This document shows positions 1 to 14,176 of a stretch of 64,000 nt of DNA, in pieces. A model generated the notes under the pieces. It saw only the letters and a program-made list of their open reading frames with translations, did not search any database and was not told the origin of the DNA. The position numbers and the translations under genes were made by a program. Location of the stretch: positions 20,770,001 through 20,834,000 of the forward strand of contig CM022673.1 in the NCBI GenBank assembly GCA_012295275.1, given 5' to 3'. The first letter of the stretch is position 1. Every line of letters starts with the position of its first letter. Source of the DNA: Chrysomallon squamiferum. Its lineage: Eukaryota; Animalia; Mollusca.

Positions 1-319
1 GTGTTTCTTTATCTTTATTATTGTAGACATTATTTTATATTATTTCGTTTTATTTTAAAAGCTTCTTTTTTTTTTATCTGTTAAATGTAAATTGTGAATA
101 ACAGCATGATAGTTGAACGAAATAATTGCAACATTTCATTATTGACTTCACAGGGCTGCATTTACTGAATTACGGGTATTTTATTTTTTTTTTTATTTTT
201 TATTATTTATTTATTTTTAAACAACGACAACAAAAACAAACGAAAAAACAACATAAACAGACTGACAGACAGACAGTTAGACTGTAACCCCTCAACTTAA
301 AAATTAATAATGGCCGGTA

Positions 320-1151
320 AATATTTGGAATTAACTCTCTTAATTTCTTTTAGCTCACTGGTAAAACGACGAAAGATTCAATATATAAATATATATGAAA
401 ACACTGGAAGTCGAAAAAGTTTGGAACTTTAAAAAAAAAAAAAAAAAAAAAAAGAATTTTTTTTTTAAAATAACAAAAACCACCTAATTTGATCATGAAT
501 TTTGATTTTCTCACAATATAACAATAATAAAAATATAAATCAATCAATCAACAGCAAACAGATGAATGAATAATTAAATAAATGAAATAAAATGAATAAA
601 TCGTGGTAAATAAATAAAATGTAAAACAAATTTCCTTTTCATATTGTTTTCGTAATGGCAGAATATGTTTTAAAAATAGCAAATTCTCACTCTAACATGG
701 ACACATATTTATTTATTTATTTATTTATTATTATGATGATGATGTAGATGATGTAAGCTAGGTAAGCACGAGTGTGGTGCTCCAGGATTTGGAGGTGCAT
801 TTTACATAGAACATTAGTCATGGCCTGAATGCAGACGACATTGATTGAAAAGAGGAATATTTAAAATTAACTCCCTTAATATTTTAGCTCACTGGTAAAA
901 CAACGAAATCAAATAAGCTAATACTTGTACATAAATTAAATATAAAAGAAATTACCTTTTCATATTAAATTTTTGATAATGGAGAATATGTTTTAGAAAT
1001 AGGACATTTTTGCGTCTCTAACATGGACACTAATTTAGTTATTTTATTTATTAAATATGATGATGAATTAAGCTAGGTGGTCCAAGATTTGGAGGACATT
1101 TTACGTAGAACATTCGTCATGGCCGGAACGCAGACCACATTAACTGAAAAG
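320..1151. repeat. Diverged tandem duplication (two units, about 320-852 and 853-1151)
   Basis: Both units share the ordered blocks TTTTAGCTCACTGGTAAAAC, AGAATATGTTTTA, CTCTAACATGGACAC, TAAGCTAGGT, GATTTGGAGG, TAGAACATT.GTCATGGCC and TGAAAAG. Confidence 0.75.
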
Positions 1152-1291
1152 TAAATTGTTTATAAGCACTTCGTTGTCTATGACAAGTACTGAAGTAAGA
1201 GAAACATACGATATCGAAGTGATCAGACTAAATCATTTGTTTTGAAAAAATAAAGAATAAATGTTTTCTTGTTGTTATTTTTTCTATTTTT

Positions 1292-1373
1292 TTAACCCAA
1301 ACCTTAATCCCAAGCTTAACCCAAACTCTGACAATAACCACAACCCTAAAACTGATTCTAACGCTAATCCTAA
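1292..1373. repeat. Degenerate (CCCTAA)-like hexamer array
   Basis: TAACCC AAACCT TAATCC ... TAACCC AAACTC ... CAACCC TAAAAC ... TAACGC TAATCC TAA shows 6-bp periodicity. Confidence 0.6.
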
Positions 1374-2695
1374 AGCAACAAAGGTCATTTTCACAACCAG
1401 AAGTTGCGGGTTACCCCCGAAGTTGAAATTGCGTTGGCGCCACCAATCCTTTGGAAGTGCCCTGCAGTTGCCCCTAGCCCTCTGAGTCGTATACCTATAA
1501 ATATTTTAATACACACATATATATAAATGGGTTTCTTTTTGTCTGTAATCAGGTATGTTTCTGTACCCATCTACATACATGGATGTTTTTCTTTAGTCAG
1601 TGTATTTTTGCCAATATATATTATGGTCACTAGCAATGAATATATTTAAATACATATATTGCAGGATGCTGATTAGTAAAGCCATGTAGCAACTACATTT
1701 TGTAGGGCATCTGATGCTTATTTTCAAATTAATTTTTGTAACTAAATACAGTGCTTATTTATTTATTTGATTGTTTTTAGGATGCAACAATTCAGTCAAA
1801 ATATGTATTTGTATGTGTTTGATATAATGTAATTCCTAACCTTATTCAACATCATCATAGGCTGGACATTAATTATTGGTTATTATCACACTGATGTTTG
1901 TAATTTGGAGAAATCTTAAGAGGAAACTTGCGAAAATTTGATAGATGCTGTAATTAAATAAATTATTAAATGCACTGAATAGTACATTTTATTTAAAAAT
2001 AATTTTTGAAACGTGCAGGAATAAGTTAAATCGAGCTTAACATTACTATTATTTGAACTAATGGCCTTGGAGATTAAGGTACTTAAAAATGATAGAAACA
2101 GTATCTTGATATGGATGACAAAATGTATAGTGAAACCTACATAATAGTAAATAGAAAGAATAAAAAATGATTCAAACTACATAACTTGCAGGAAAATTAT
2201 AAAAAGAAATTCTGAAACAAATGTTTGTCCTTTGTTCTTGCAGAGATCTATTTAAAAAAAAATAACAGTAATTAAATTACAAATTATCTTTATTTATTTT
2301 ATTTAATTGTTTTTGTTATTATTATTTTTTAACATTTGAGTCTTTCTTGCACAAATTCTGCTGGAAATGCAATGAACTTTCAAGGAATTCCAGATCAAAT
2401 GTCTTGTGACATTTTTGCCTTTACTGAAAGTAAAATTCTTTGACGTGGAAATCATTTTATCCAGTATTCCACTTTCTCTTAACCTACAATGTTTTTCCTT
2501 CCACATTCAGTTTTTCTGGCTGCTGGTCTCTGCTGGATAGGTATGTGAATGGTAGTCAAAGGAAGCTTGTGATCTTCATAATAAAAATGAATTTCCTTCC
2601 CATCTTGGTGGGTGACAGCTTTTTATTGCCTTTAATAGGATCCATCATGCCAAAAATAAACTAATTATTTCTTTAAAGTATTTCTATTAATTAAA

Positions 2696-2738
<43 letters not shown>

Positions 2739-4296
2739 AATCATTAAAAAAAAAAATAAAAACATTTAAAGATTTTATTGGTTTATAAAAATAACAACCA
2801 AAAAGTAATTCTTTATTAACAAAAATGGCTTAAAAATTTTGTTCTAGATATTCAAATCAACTTAATAATTTTTCAAACAAAATTTGACAAAAATGGAATG
2901 ATAAAATAATAAATAAATAAGCTTGGATTTTTCAAAAGGTAGAAATTAAACTAAAGCAGTAAATAAAGTTTAGCAAAAAAAACCTTTAGTTTTACAATTT
3001 TTTATTTATTTATTTTTTTCTTCTTCTTCTTCTTATTATTATTATTTTCTTTCTTTTATTTATTTATTATTATTATTATTTTATTTTATTATTATTATTT
3101 TTTTTAATTATTATTATTATTATTATTTTTTTTTTGCATGACAGTGCATGTGACAGTGAATAAATAAATAAATAAATAAATAAATAGTGTTTTTAGTCAT
3201 TTTTATTATTATTATTATTATTAATGGGAGCAGATACGCCTACTGGTTATTACATATTTATGCTGGAATTGAAAAGGAAAAACAATAGCAACTACAGCTT
3301 GTTCCATTAACCAACCGATAACTCTTTCACACAACGGTTCAAAATGTTCGCTGGAAATGTCCGCTGGCTTCACTTTACCGCTTCCAAATTATTGTTTTCG
3401 TCTTAGAAAAATTCTTTAGAATCTGTGAAATTTATTTCTGTTAATTTTGGTTAAAACACTAAAATGGATGCATCAGGCTTCATCTCTTTGATCTTTATTT
3501 ATACAACCGTTTATTTGTTAGAAACAATATTTCTTTATTTTTGGTGCAGCAGACGACGTAAAGACAAACTGGTTCGGCAGGTTGTAGTAAAATGGTAATG
3601 CTATTTATAGATCTATTATATATAGGATTATAATATTTAGATGTCAGCGTGTCGGTTCCACTCCCAAACGTTGTTGTGTTTTTGGAATTATATATAATAA
3701 CCTGAAAAGCACTGAATTTGGTAAATCTAGTGAGTAAATTTGACATTAATATTCATGCTACTATAATATTATTTATTCCCTGTGCACGTTAATTAGTAAT
3801 CAATTAATTATTTTCATCTTCGACATGTAATCACAGTAAAGTAATGATGTATTATTGTATAGCTGTAGTGTATATCTGTGCCTGATTATTTAAAATTAAG
3901 TGAAATTATTTTAACATAAGTCTGTAAACTGCAATTCAGAAATGTATAAGATAATTCAGCAATATTATATCTATGATAAATATAATAAATCTCAAGTACA
4001 AATCTCTTTATCCAATATTATGCATGTATAACTATTAACTGTATTGTTCTGTTCACTGTTGTTATGTAATTAACATTTACTCTACCACATTAATATTAAT
4101 AGTTATTGGGTTTTGTAGTGTGTTTTTGTTGTTGTTGCTGTTGTTTTGTTTTTTGTTGGATCTTTTTTTCTGAATTCTGATGAAGTGAATTGTTACGTGT
4201 ACAACATATATATTACCATTATGTATAAAACTGGTTTATACAGATCTCTAAACATTGAAATTATTTTATTTCAGAGACAGACCATATCATAAAAAC

Positions 4297-7200
4297 ATGG
4301 CAGAAACTTTTGATCTCCGATGGTATAAATGCTTTCGTGTACTTTTTATCATCATTGACATCATCTTTTTAGTAAGTTAGAGCAGTTTTGTTTTTAGGAA
4401 AATAGCTAAATTTATTTCAGTTGTAAAGTATTCTTATTGTACCTGTTAGTTTATAAAATATAATATTTAAAATTAGTGTGTCTGTGTATAACATAACAGA
4501 TTAACAATGGAAATTTCTTACATCAAAAATGGATAACAGATTTTATGGTATTTATAGTGTTTAACCCAGAATGAAAATTAATTATGATAAGTATAGTAAA
4601 TTAGATGATAAAAATTACAAATATCTATTTATATTTCAGCTAACTGGTATTGCTATGATTGGTCTAGGTGTTTATGTTAAGGTTACAAAAGGAGATTTCT
4701 TTAATCTTATCCCAAAAGCAGAGTATGCAAGTGCACCTTCTGTTTTAATAGCTGGGGGAGTGATTGTCATTGTGTTCTCATTCATTGGAATTTTGGGAGC
4801 ATGGATGCAAAGTCAGTGTTTACTGGTTATGGTAAGTGTGCAGATATATAAACATTTAACAAATTTGAATTAATTTAACTTTGAACCTGCATGATCTTTT
4901 TATAAGATGTACCTAACTTGTTTAAATACTTGTATATTAAGATATTATATTTCACAAGATACATTTTCCACCCACAACACCAATCAAGCCATTTATACAC
5001 CAGATCTCAGTTTTATCAAATAATGTCCACAGGATATGCATTTTAAAAGAAATCATTGATAATAGTATTCCATGTACGTTCATTATTCCTTCAGTATTAT
5101 CTGTTTATAATTCATTTTATTTATAGTACACCCGATTCAGGGTTATGAATTTAGGGAAAGTGGTTAGAGTTTGTATTTTTAATTCATTGATAAAGTTGTA
5201 AGAAAGTTGTCATCATAATTTTGTTTTATTTTGTTGTAAACAAAATAACAAGACTTTGATGTCCTTTTATAACAGTTGAAAAATGAAATGAAAGATAGTA
5301 TAACATACTTTCTTCATTTCTTTTTTTTTATTATTAAAAAAACAACTCTGTTCTTGAATTTACCCTTTTTTATTTTTTTAAAGAATTTCTTGGTGGTTTC
5401 TCTGATTTTTATATATATATATATATAACAGATTATAGATGTTTTGATTTTATTTTCAGTACTTCACTTCTGTTTTCATAATTTTCTGCATTGAAATTGC
5501 TGCTGGTGTTCTGGGCTTTGTGTACAGGAGTGAAGTAAGCTTTAATTAAAACTTTATTTGAATGTGGATATGTTTTTTCTTTATTTTAAATCTGCAGTGT
5601 GTTGTGTTATGTCAAAGGAAAGTTACATGCAAGAAAATCTATGCCAAATTATATGACAGTGGGTTATAGAATTAAAAACTCTACATCTCTACAGTATTCC
5701 CAGTACCTTAAACTGTAAATATTGTAAGTTATTGGGTTCTGGTTTTATACTGCTATTTTGATATAAATTTATATTTAATGGATGCTAATTCATCACATTA
5801 TATTTTCTTCTTCATTTTTTTATTTTTATTTTTTTCATTTATTTTGTTTACATTTTGTATAAATTTGGACGTAAATGTTATGTTTATTTTTATTTATTTA
5901 GATTAACACAACCTTACAGTCACAACTTCTGCTAGGACTCAAAGATCAAGAGAGAAGAGATTCCTGGAATTTCATTCAGAAAGAGGTTTGACTATTTGTG
6001 TTACTGACATCGTAATATTATGTTTAATGCATATAAAGTTGTATTCTGCATGTTATATTTCAAAACTATTTTAATATAGTGATAATCTGTTAAAATTAAA
6101 ATAGTTAAATTGATTAAGCATAATCAAATAATATGTGTAATAGTTTTCTGTGAATTCATGAAATGTCGTTTAAAATTAAACCAGTTTAACCTGATAATCC
6201 AGTATTACATAATACCATGTATTCAATGATGTGTCTTTTTTTTAAAGACATGTTAGTTAAGCAAAACTGAAATATCTTCAAACACTATTTCATACTGTCA
6301 TTTAAAAAAAAAAAAAAAGATGGTTTGCCACTGAATTATTAAATGTTTATTATTTACCTATGTTTGATTAATGTTATGAACTTTTGTTACAGTTCAAGTG
6401 TTGTGGTGTAAACAATGCCACAGACTGGTTAACAATATCAGACAACTCTGTCCCTGACTCCTGTTGTCAGAAAACTGGGTGTGGTCAGCAGGGGACAACT
6501 CTTGCTTACAAAGTGGTCAGTAAATTTCTTTCTTTGTTTACTTTTGTTTTCTTTTTCGTATTTATGCAGTTTTGTACTTGTTCATACTGTTCAAACTACC
6601 ATTAAAATAAATTTTAAAATTACTGAATACAAGATGACACTGAAGTTTATTTATTTTTCTTCATAAGGTAAGGAAATAAAAATAAAAAAATAAAATAAAT
6701 TTGGTTAATTTGATGTTATTCCTTTATATATTTGAACATTATTGAACTGTTTCTGTTTCTGTGAAATAATAATTCAAATTATTATAAACAATGTTGATTG
6801 TATTTACTTGTTTATATGGATTATTCCCACAGATTTATTTTTTCGTCAGATTAATTATATGTATATTTTAAAATATCTGATAACATCCAAAATTATTTTG
6901 CTGTTTTTCTTATTTATTATTATTAATTTAATTATTGTTCTGTTTCATCATCTGGATCAAAACAAAATCACCATGAACAGGTATCATAAATTTGATTGAT
7001 ATAGTAACCAATGATTTAGAAATTTTCTGAGGTATTGGACAAATTCATTCATTCTTTGTATTAACAAGTTTAACTCTTTGTCACAGGGTTGTTATTCAAA
7101 GGCAGTGATATTTCTCAAAGATAACATGTATCTTGTTGGTGCAGCTGGTATTGGATTTGCATGCTGTCAGGTGAGTCAGAATCCAGATTTAATGTAGAAT

Positions 7201-8573
7201 TTCCGCAGTAAAACATTCTAACTTTGGTGATGATATAAATCATAAATCTTAATCCTAAATGCTTCCCTAACTTTGTTATATTAGCTCAAACCAGGTTTCA
7301 GGAATTTTGATGATCATTTACAAAAATCCAGGTTTCACTGACATTCTTCATTTAAACAATCAAATGAAATTATAAGTTATCTTTTCCCAGAAGTTTATAG
7401 TTAATGTAATCACTTAGTGGAATCTTCTAGGCAGAAAACCTGATCCATGTTACTTGCAGGATTAACGTATACTTGGTGATGTCACATAATCTAAATACTT
7501 TGTATATTTCAAAGTAACAATTGCTTGCTGGCAGTCAATTGCATCTGCCAGTAAAGTATATAATTAAAATTACTATGGTGTTGATGATTTATGAAAACAG
7601 CAATTTTCTTGTTTTTAGTGGCAACACTGAAACGTTAAAAACATTTCTGACAGACTGAGGCACGTTCGGTAAGGACTTGCTCAGTCTGTTGGATTTCGTT
7701 ATAAACATTTTTATTTATGACATCCTTTTAATGTCAGTTATTAAGCATCTTTATGAGCTTATTAGTTTATATTTTTTTATTATAAGCATAAACTGATGTG
7801 AGAACAAAATGAAAAATACATTAACAGTTTTGAATTATAGATAAGTATTTTTATCACCTTAGATATACCTATAAATATAATATAAATACATTAGCAGTGG
7901 TTTTAAAAACATGATATTTTTGCTCACATTTAGATTTTTTTTCTTTAATGTCTGGTATTACTGTTTTATAACCTAGGAGCCATAACAGAATTAATTTTAC
8001 TTTCTTTCAAGATTTTTTACATTAATTAAATAGTTAAATATGCTAAATTAAATACAGTAATAAATGTTAGCTACAAAAAAATGTATCAGTCTAATTACTG
8101 CTTCAAGATGTTTTACAAGTATGTGATAAGTAAATAGAGAGCAAGAACATGAAAAAATATTCTACCAAAAATATTTATGTTAGATTAATTATCAAAAATG
8201 TGTCCTGTTTCTTATTTTTTAATAAAATCAATATAGATGGTATGTTGACAAAAGCAGTATGAGGCAACAAAAGGTTATTGTTTCATTTGAAATATTACTC
8301 TCATTAATCCTTTGCAGAATAACTTAATAAATTTAATTTTAATTTGTTTTATTTTGTTGCTGTTATTTTTATTGTTGTTGTTGTCATGATAGTATTATTA
8401 CTATTGCTATCATCATCATCATCATCATTATTATTATTATTATCATCATCATTATTATTATTATCAAAATTATTTATTAAAATTATAATTGCTTTATATT
8501 GCAGGTTCTGGTAATGATGTTTACACTAATTCTCATACACTACATTCGACGTTACCATGGTAAGCTGGCATGA
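4297..8573 (+). CDS. Tetraspanin A (233 aa, 7 coding exons)
   Basis: Exons 4297-4371, 4640-4831, 5460-5534, 5902-5985, 6393-6515, 7087-7170 and 8505-8573 are all GT-AG and in frame. The protein has four hydrophobic TM segments and an EC2 with FKCCG, PDSCC, GCG and GCY. Subfamily was not assigned. Confidence 0.92.
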
Positions 8574-8931
8574 AGACTCATCTGATTAAAAACACAGACT
8601 ACAAGGCCAGTGTACACACAAGTTGTACAGATACTGCATTCCTACTGAATGTTACTAGTATTCAGTTTTAAGTCTAACAGTGGAATATGTACAGAAATAT
8701 GTAAAAAGGTAGTTACATTTTAGTGTATCAGGCTAAACATTCTGTTAAGCTAGATAGTCAATAAAAATAAAAAGGTATTTTTTGTTAACTTCAAAATACA
8801 GGAAAACCAAGCTGTTAGGCATTTTATATATATTGTGCATATAATGCATTTTCAGCTAAGTAGTCATACAAAAAGAAGTTATTTTTATTAGCTTCAAAAT
8901 AGAGAAAAAAACAATCATTTTTTAAATTGTT

Positions 8932-8975
<44 letters not shown>

Positions 8976-11144
8976 CTATGTACTAATATAATTATGCATT
9001 TAATGCATTTACAACAAAATATTTTTTATATGATTCTACTTGCTAGTGTGCAGTAACTAGTGAAAATATATGTATAAACATAGATATAATAATAATAAAC
9101 ATAAAAAGAGAAAAATATAATTTCTAAAAATAATTGTATCTCATGGTGAGTTGAAAGTAAAGCTTTACTACATCAGTTTTGTTATTAAAAATTTTCATAA
9201 TTCCACCAAAAGACCTCAGAACATTTTAAATAACATCAACTACTCACAATTATTTTTTTTATCATATTTTTGATTTTCAGTAATAAAACAGTTTTATTCT
9301 ACAAAAATTTACTTAAATGGAAATCTGATTATACAAAAGAATTGTTTAAACAGTTTTAAAAGCCTACAGAGATAAAATATCAATACAGTTAACAATTTAA
9401 AATATTCACATATTACTCTGCAGACAAATAGAAATCCAATAAATGTATTACATATGAAAGATATTGAGGACAAATAACAAATAACTGAACTAGCTCAGAA
9501 AAGTAATACTCTAGTATGTTAATAATGCTCATTATTATTATTATTATTTTATTATTATTATTATTAGTAGTATTAGTATTATTATTAGTATTATTATTAG
9601 TATTTATTTATTTATTTTTTTTATTTCATTGAATTTCTTTTAATTTTTATAAAATTCTATCCAAATAAATAATAATTTCATTTCACTGACAAAAACAAAA
9701 CAAATTACTCATATTACAGTAAACAGTGTTTGCAAAGGTAGAAACCAAATAATCTTACACACTTTTAATTACATGTTATTTACTGGATTTATTTTTATAT
9801 TTTTTGGTTTTAATTAATTTGTACTTAAACCAAAAATTATATATATATATATATGAATATACATTTGTACAGTCGTTTTACCTAAAGGTTTTGTAGGTAT
9901 ATAGGTTTTTAAAAATGTATTTGTTGGATTTATATTACAGTGTTTTGATATTTAAGTTTCATTGTAAAAATCACGAAAAGTAGATTTACCGAAAATAAAT
10001 CTCATTTGAATATATATGTTTGATTTATGTTTTAAATATATAAACACTAGTTAAATTCCTATTACTTACCGCAAGTGATTTTTTATATATTTAATCTTCT
10101 TTTTAAAAATAAACGGAGAAACGTTTGAGATCATTTTAAATAAAGAAAATTAATACATCTACTGAATTAATAAGAGACATACATTAGAAAACTATATCAA
10201 ACAAGGAAATTGATGATAATTTGTTAAACTAATAAACCCATTTTCAAAACACAACGAAATAATTAAATTAAACAAACTGAAAGATAAAAATACAGTTATA
10301 AGAATAATGTGTCTGTGTGTGTGTGTGTGTGTTATGCTGTTATTATTCTTCAATATTTTTAAATAACGAAAACGTGAACGAGGGTTTATCGTTCTAAGAA
10401 AAAATTACTTATAAAATGATGATAGTCACACGTACAAACGCTCAAATATTTGACGTCTTTAGATATTCTTGTAATCCGATCAATACCAGGACATTTGCGT
10501 TCAGTTTAATTTGCAACTCTGAGACGTTTTAAAAGCATCGACTTGTTATTAATATTATATTACTTAAGAAAACAGTGGATATAATCATACCAAATACACA
10601 GAGCCCACAGTCTAGCATAATAACCGAATTTCGAACTTGAATTCATGTTCATGTCAGCAATTAGTTCGTAATTAGTCTACAGCCTTGAAAATTGAGAACG
10701 AACACACAAGATTTCTTTGACCATGTGATAAGCTTATTACTTTTTCAAATAAGTAAACAGCATAATTTAACATTCTCTTTAAATCTTTCTTGTGGAGCCA
10801 TTAATTTTATATAAATTAAGAAGAAAAGAAAGGAAAAGAAAGACGAAACATTATAGCAAAAAATAAACAGTTACAAACAAAAATTCTTCACGCCGCTTTC
10901 TCTGTTCCAAATAACAACAAAAATCCTTAAACGTTTAATATCTGTTTATTATTTAAATATATTATTATATAGTCATTAACTGTTCTGTGAAATATTTTAT
11001 CACTAAATCTCAAAGGACACACACACACACACAAGAACATTACTTTTAATTTTTAATACGTCTATTCCAAATACTCTGCAAGAATACCATTACAGAGGTC
11101 ATTCTTTCTATCACGTCTGCTGGCGTTTATTTTTATAGATATAT

Positions 11145-12068
11145 TTATTGCTTAGTCACACATGTTCGAATTTGATTCTTTACTGTGCTTCTCAGAAACT
11201 GGCATGTCGTTAAAATGGCAATGAAATTCATGGCCGGCCGGAGACGAACTAACCAGGCACCGAGCAGGTCTGTGATACTTTTATTGCAAGAAACACAGCC
11301 ATGAGACAGCGAGTAGAACAGATTCGGTACACTGATAGAGATTATAAAGATAATCATAATCGTAAGAACCAGCTTAAACACGTGTTTGTCTTTCTGTAAA
11401 CTGGCAGTTCCTGAACAGACAATTATTACAGTAGCTTCGATTCTTCTTCTGGACTGTCTGACGAAATAAATCACTTTACCGTAAGCCAGCGGCATCACAA
11501 TGAACGCTGGTATGTACACCAGTGCTCCGAGAACATACAAATATCTGTATGAGGAAAAGGTGCACACGAATTTTCCTATGTCGTATTTTACACCATTGTC
11601 AAATATGGCACAAATGATCAAAGGCAGAATCCAAAAAACGAAACAGACGAGGACCATATATCTGCGTGTGCAAATATTCCTGTAAGTTTGTGGGTAGCAG
11701 ACGTGGACGGATCTGTAAACTGCAATGGCCGCCATAAAACAAACAGTTGTAGCCACCGTTCCGTTTGAAATATACACTTCGACGTAGCAGAAGATGAATC
11801 CGAAGGGTGAATATGTGGACTTCATAATGAGAGACGTTATATACTGCGGCAGGACAAACAGAGAGAAAACAAGATCAGCTACTATTATGTTTGTTGTCAG
11901 TATGAAGGCAGGATTTCGGAGAGCCACGTTCCGGAAAACTGTGATGATAATGATAATGTTGACTGTTGTTGTAATCAGTCCTGAAATTATTAGGACAGAA
12001 CTCAGAGATGCCAGAACAGCAGTACTGACATCGTCATCTCTGTCTGAAGTATCATTTGAAAACGCCAT
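11145..12068 (-). CDS. Orphan rhodopsin-like (class A) 7TM GPCR, single coding exon, about 307 aa
   Basis: ORF 11145-12104 has its first real ATG at 12068, directly after a cacag acceptor. It shows seven hydrophobic segments, TM1 N, TM2 'NIIVADLVFSLFVLP', TM3 Cys and 'AIAVYRSVHVCYP', TM4 W, and TM5 'P...AY.KV'. Confidence 0.88.
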   Translation of the reverse strand: MAFSNDTSDRDDDVSTAVLASLSSVLIISGLITTTVNIIIIITVFRNVALRNPAFILTTNIIVADLVFSLFVLPQYITSLIMKSTYSPFGFIFCYVEVYISNGTVATTVCFMAAIAVYRSVHVCYPQTYRNICTRRYMVLVCFVFWILPLIICAIFDNGVKYDIGKFVCTFSSYRYLYVLGALVYIPAFIVMPLAYGKVIYFVRQSRRRIEATVIIVCSGTASLQKDKHVFKLVLTIMIIFIISISVPNLFYSLSHGCVSCNKSITDLLGAWLVRLRPAMNFIAILTTCQFLRSTVKNQIRTCVTKQ

Positions 12069-13496
12069 CTGTGAATAAAGAACAAACGAACGCCATGAAA
12101 TCAAACTGAAATATTATTTATATTATAAAAAAAACACCTAAAACAAACCCTAAAATTGCATTTGTTTTAACAGAAATTGCTTAAGATTATTTCTGAAAAT
12201 AGAAATTAAAAAAAAAAAAAAAAAAAAAAATAAAATGATATGATGATAATGATGATCACAGGTATATTTAGTTGTTAGTGTTATATTACGTCTAGAAACT
12301 GTATTGATTTAACATAAATGATATAACTGGGTTTTTCATTACCTTTGTCGTTCATAAAGATTTTCAAATGCTTTCTTGTTTTAGAAGATTTAAATGGAAC
12401 ACAGAAAAATAATCACAGTACAAATGTTAGCTGGAAACCAAACATTTCTTTGATGTTATATGATGTTTGTTTACAGTGAATCGTTTTTGTTCCAATCCAA
12501 GAAATAAATTATATCCTAAGTTCAAATTAAAACATTCCTTTGGTCTTTACCGATTTATCGCTTTGCACATTAACACAGGTCAGTTAAACAAAACATACAA
12601 AGCAAATGGAAGTTAACGGAGAATATAGGAAGCATTATGATAGGAAAAGTTAAGAAAGAAAAATGTCTGCCTCGAAGAAATACGCTGAATAAAATAATAT
12701 TTCATAAATAAAAGTTATAGAAATGTGACAGCAAACACTGCAGAAATGTATCAACAGTGATCGTCTACGTTTAGAAATATAATAACAAATATAAATTATA
12801 AACTTTAAATTATTTCTAATAACTAAAAATTACTTCGAGCATAATCAACGACAACATTGTTGTCATGGAGAAATACAATGAAAATTTAAAACATGTCTCA
12901 ACTAAATCAGTTTATTTTCAAAACGAAGATTCAAATTACAATATAATGGATTTCTTTTCAGCTTAAAGGAAGATTAAAAATCTGTTTCTATATGTCTACA
13001 TGAGGAAATACTGGATGATAATAATAAAAAGATTATTAATACAGCTGCTTCTAGATATCATTGGTTATTGGACATATATTAATTAGTTTCAAGGGCCTGA
13101 TTAAGAATTAAGAAAAGGGTTTGCAGTCTAAGATCTGAAATTCGGAAGTTAAAAATTTGGGTCAGGTTCAAAGAAAAAAAAAAAAAAAAAAAGAAATATT
13201 CAAGAATAAAAGGAGACGGTGGCCAAGCATCGTAAAGCGCCCCCATATACTGATCAGTGGATCCATGTATGTGTTTAATTAGTGAAGCTTTTTAGAAAAA
13301 TATTTTTATAAAGGTAATTTTAAATCTTTTCCTCTTTATACGAAGATGCATGTCCAAATATTTCCGTCACTGATTAGAAAAGACAATGGCTATAGATTTG
13401 ATTTACAACATTATCTTTACCCATATATATACGATAAGGCTTTTAAACAACTACATTTTTAAAAGTAAACAAATAAACAAAACATTTATTCAGACA

Positions 13497-13533
<37 letters not shown>

Positions 13534-13572
13534 AAAATACAAGAAAACAGTTTTCATTAAAAAAAGAAATAA

Positions 13573-14176
<604 letters not shown>

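Noticed and set aside
2303-2664. Overlapping short ORFs on both strands
   Set aside because: There is no recognisable domain and all frames are interrupted. It could be a UTR or decayed element, but a CDS cannot be supported.
11500-12078. Plus-strand ORFs of 61 and 94 aa
   Set aside because: They are antisense shadows of the GPCR coding exon.
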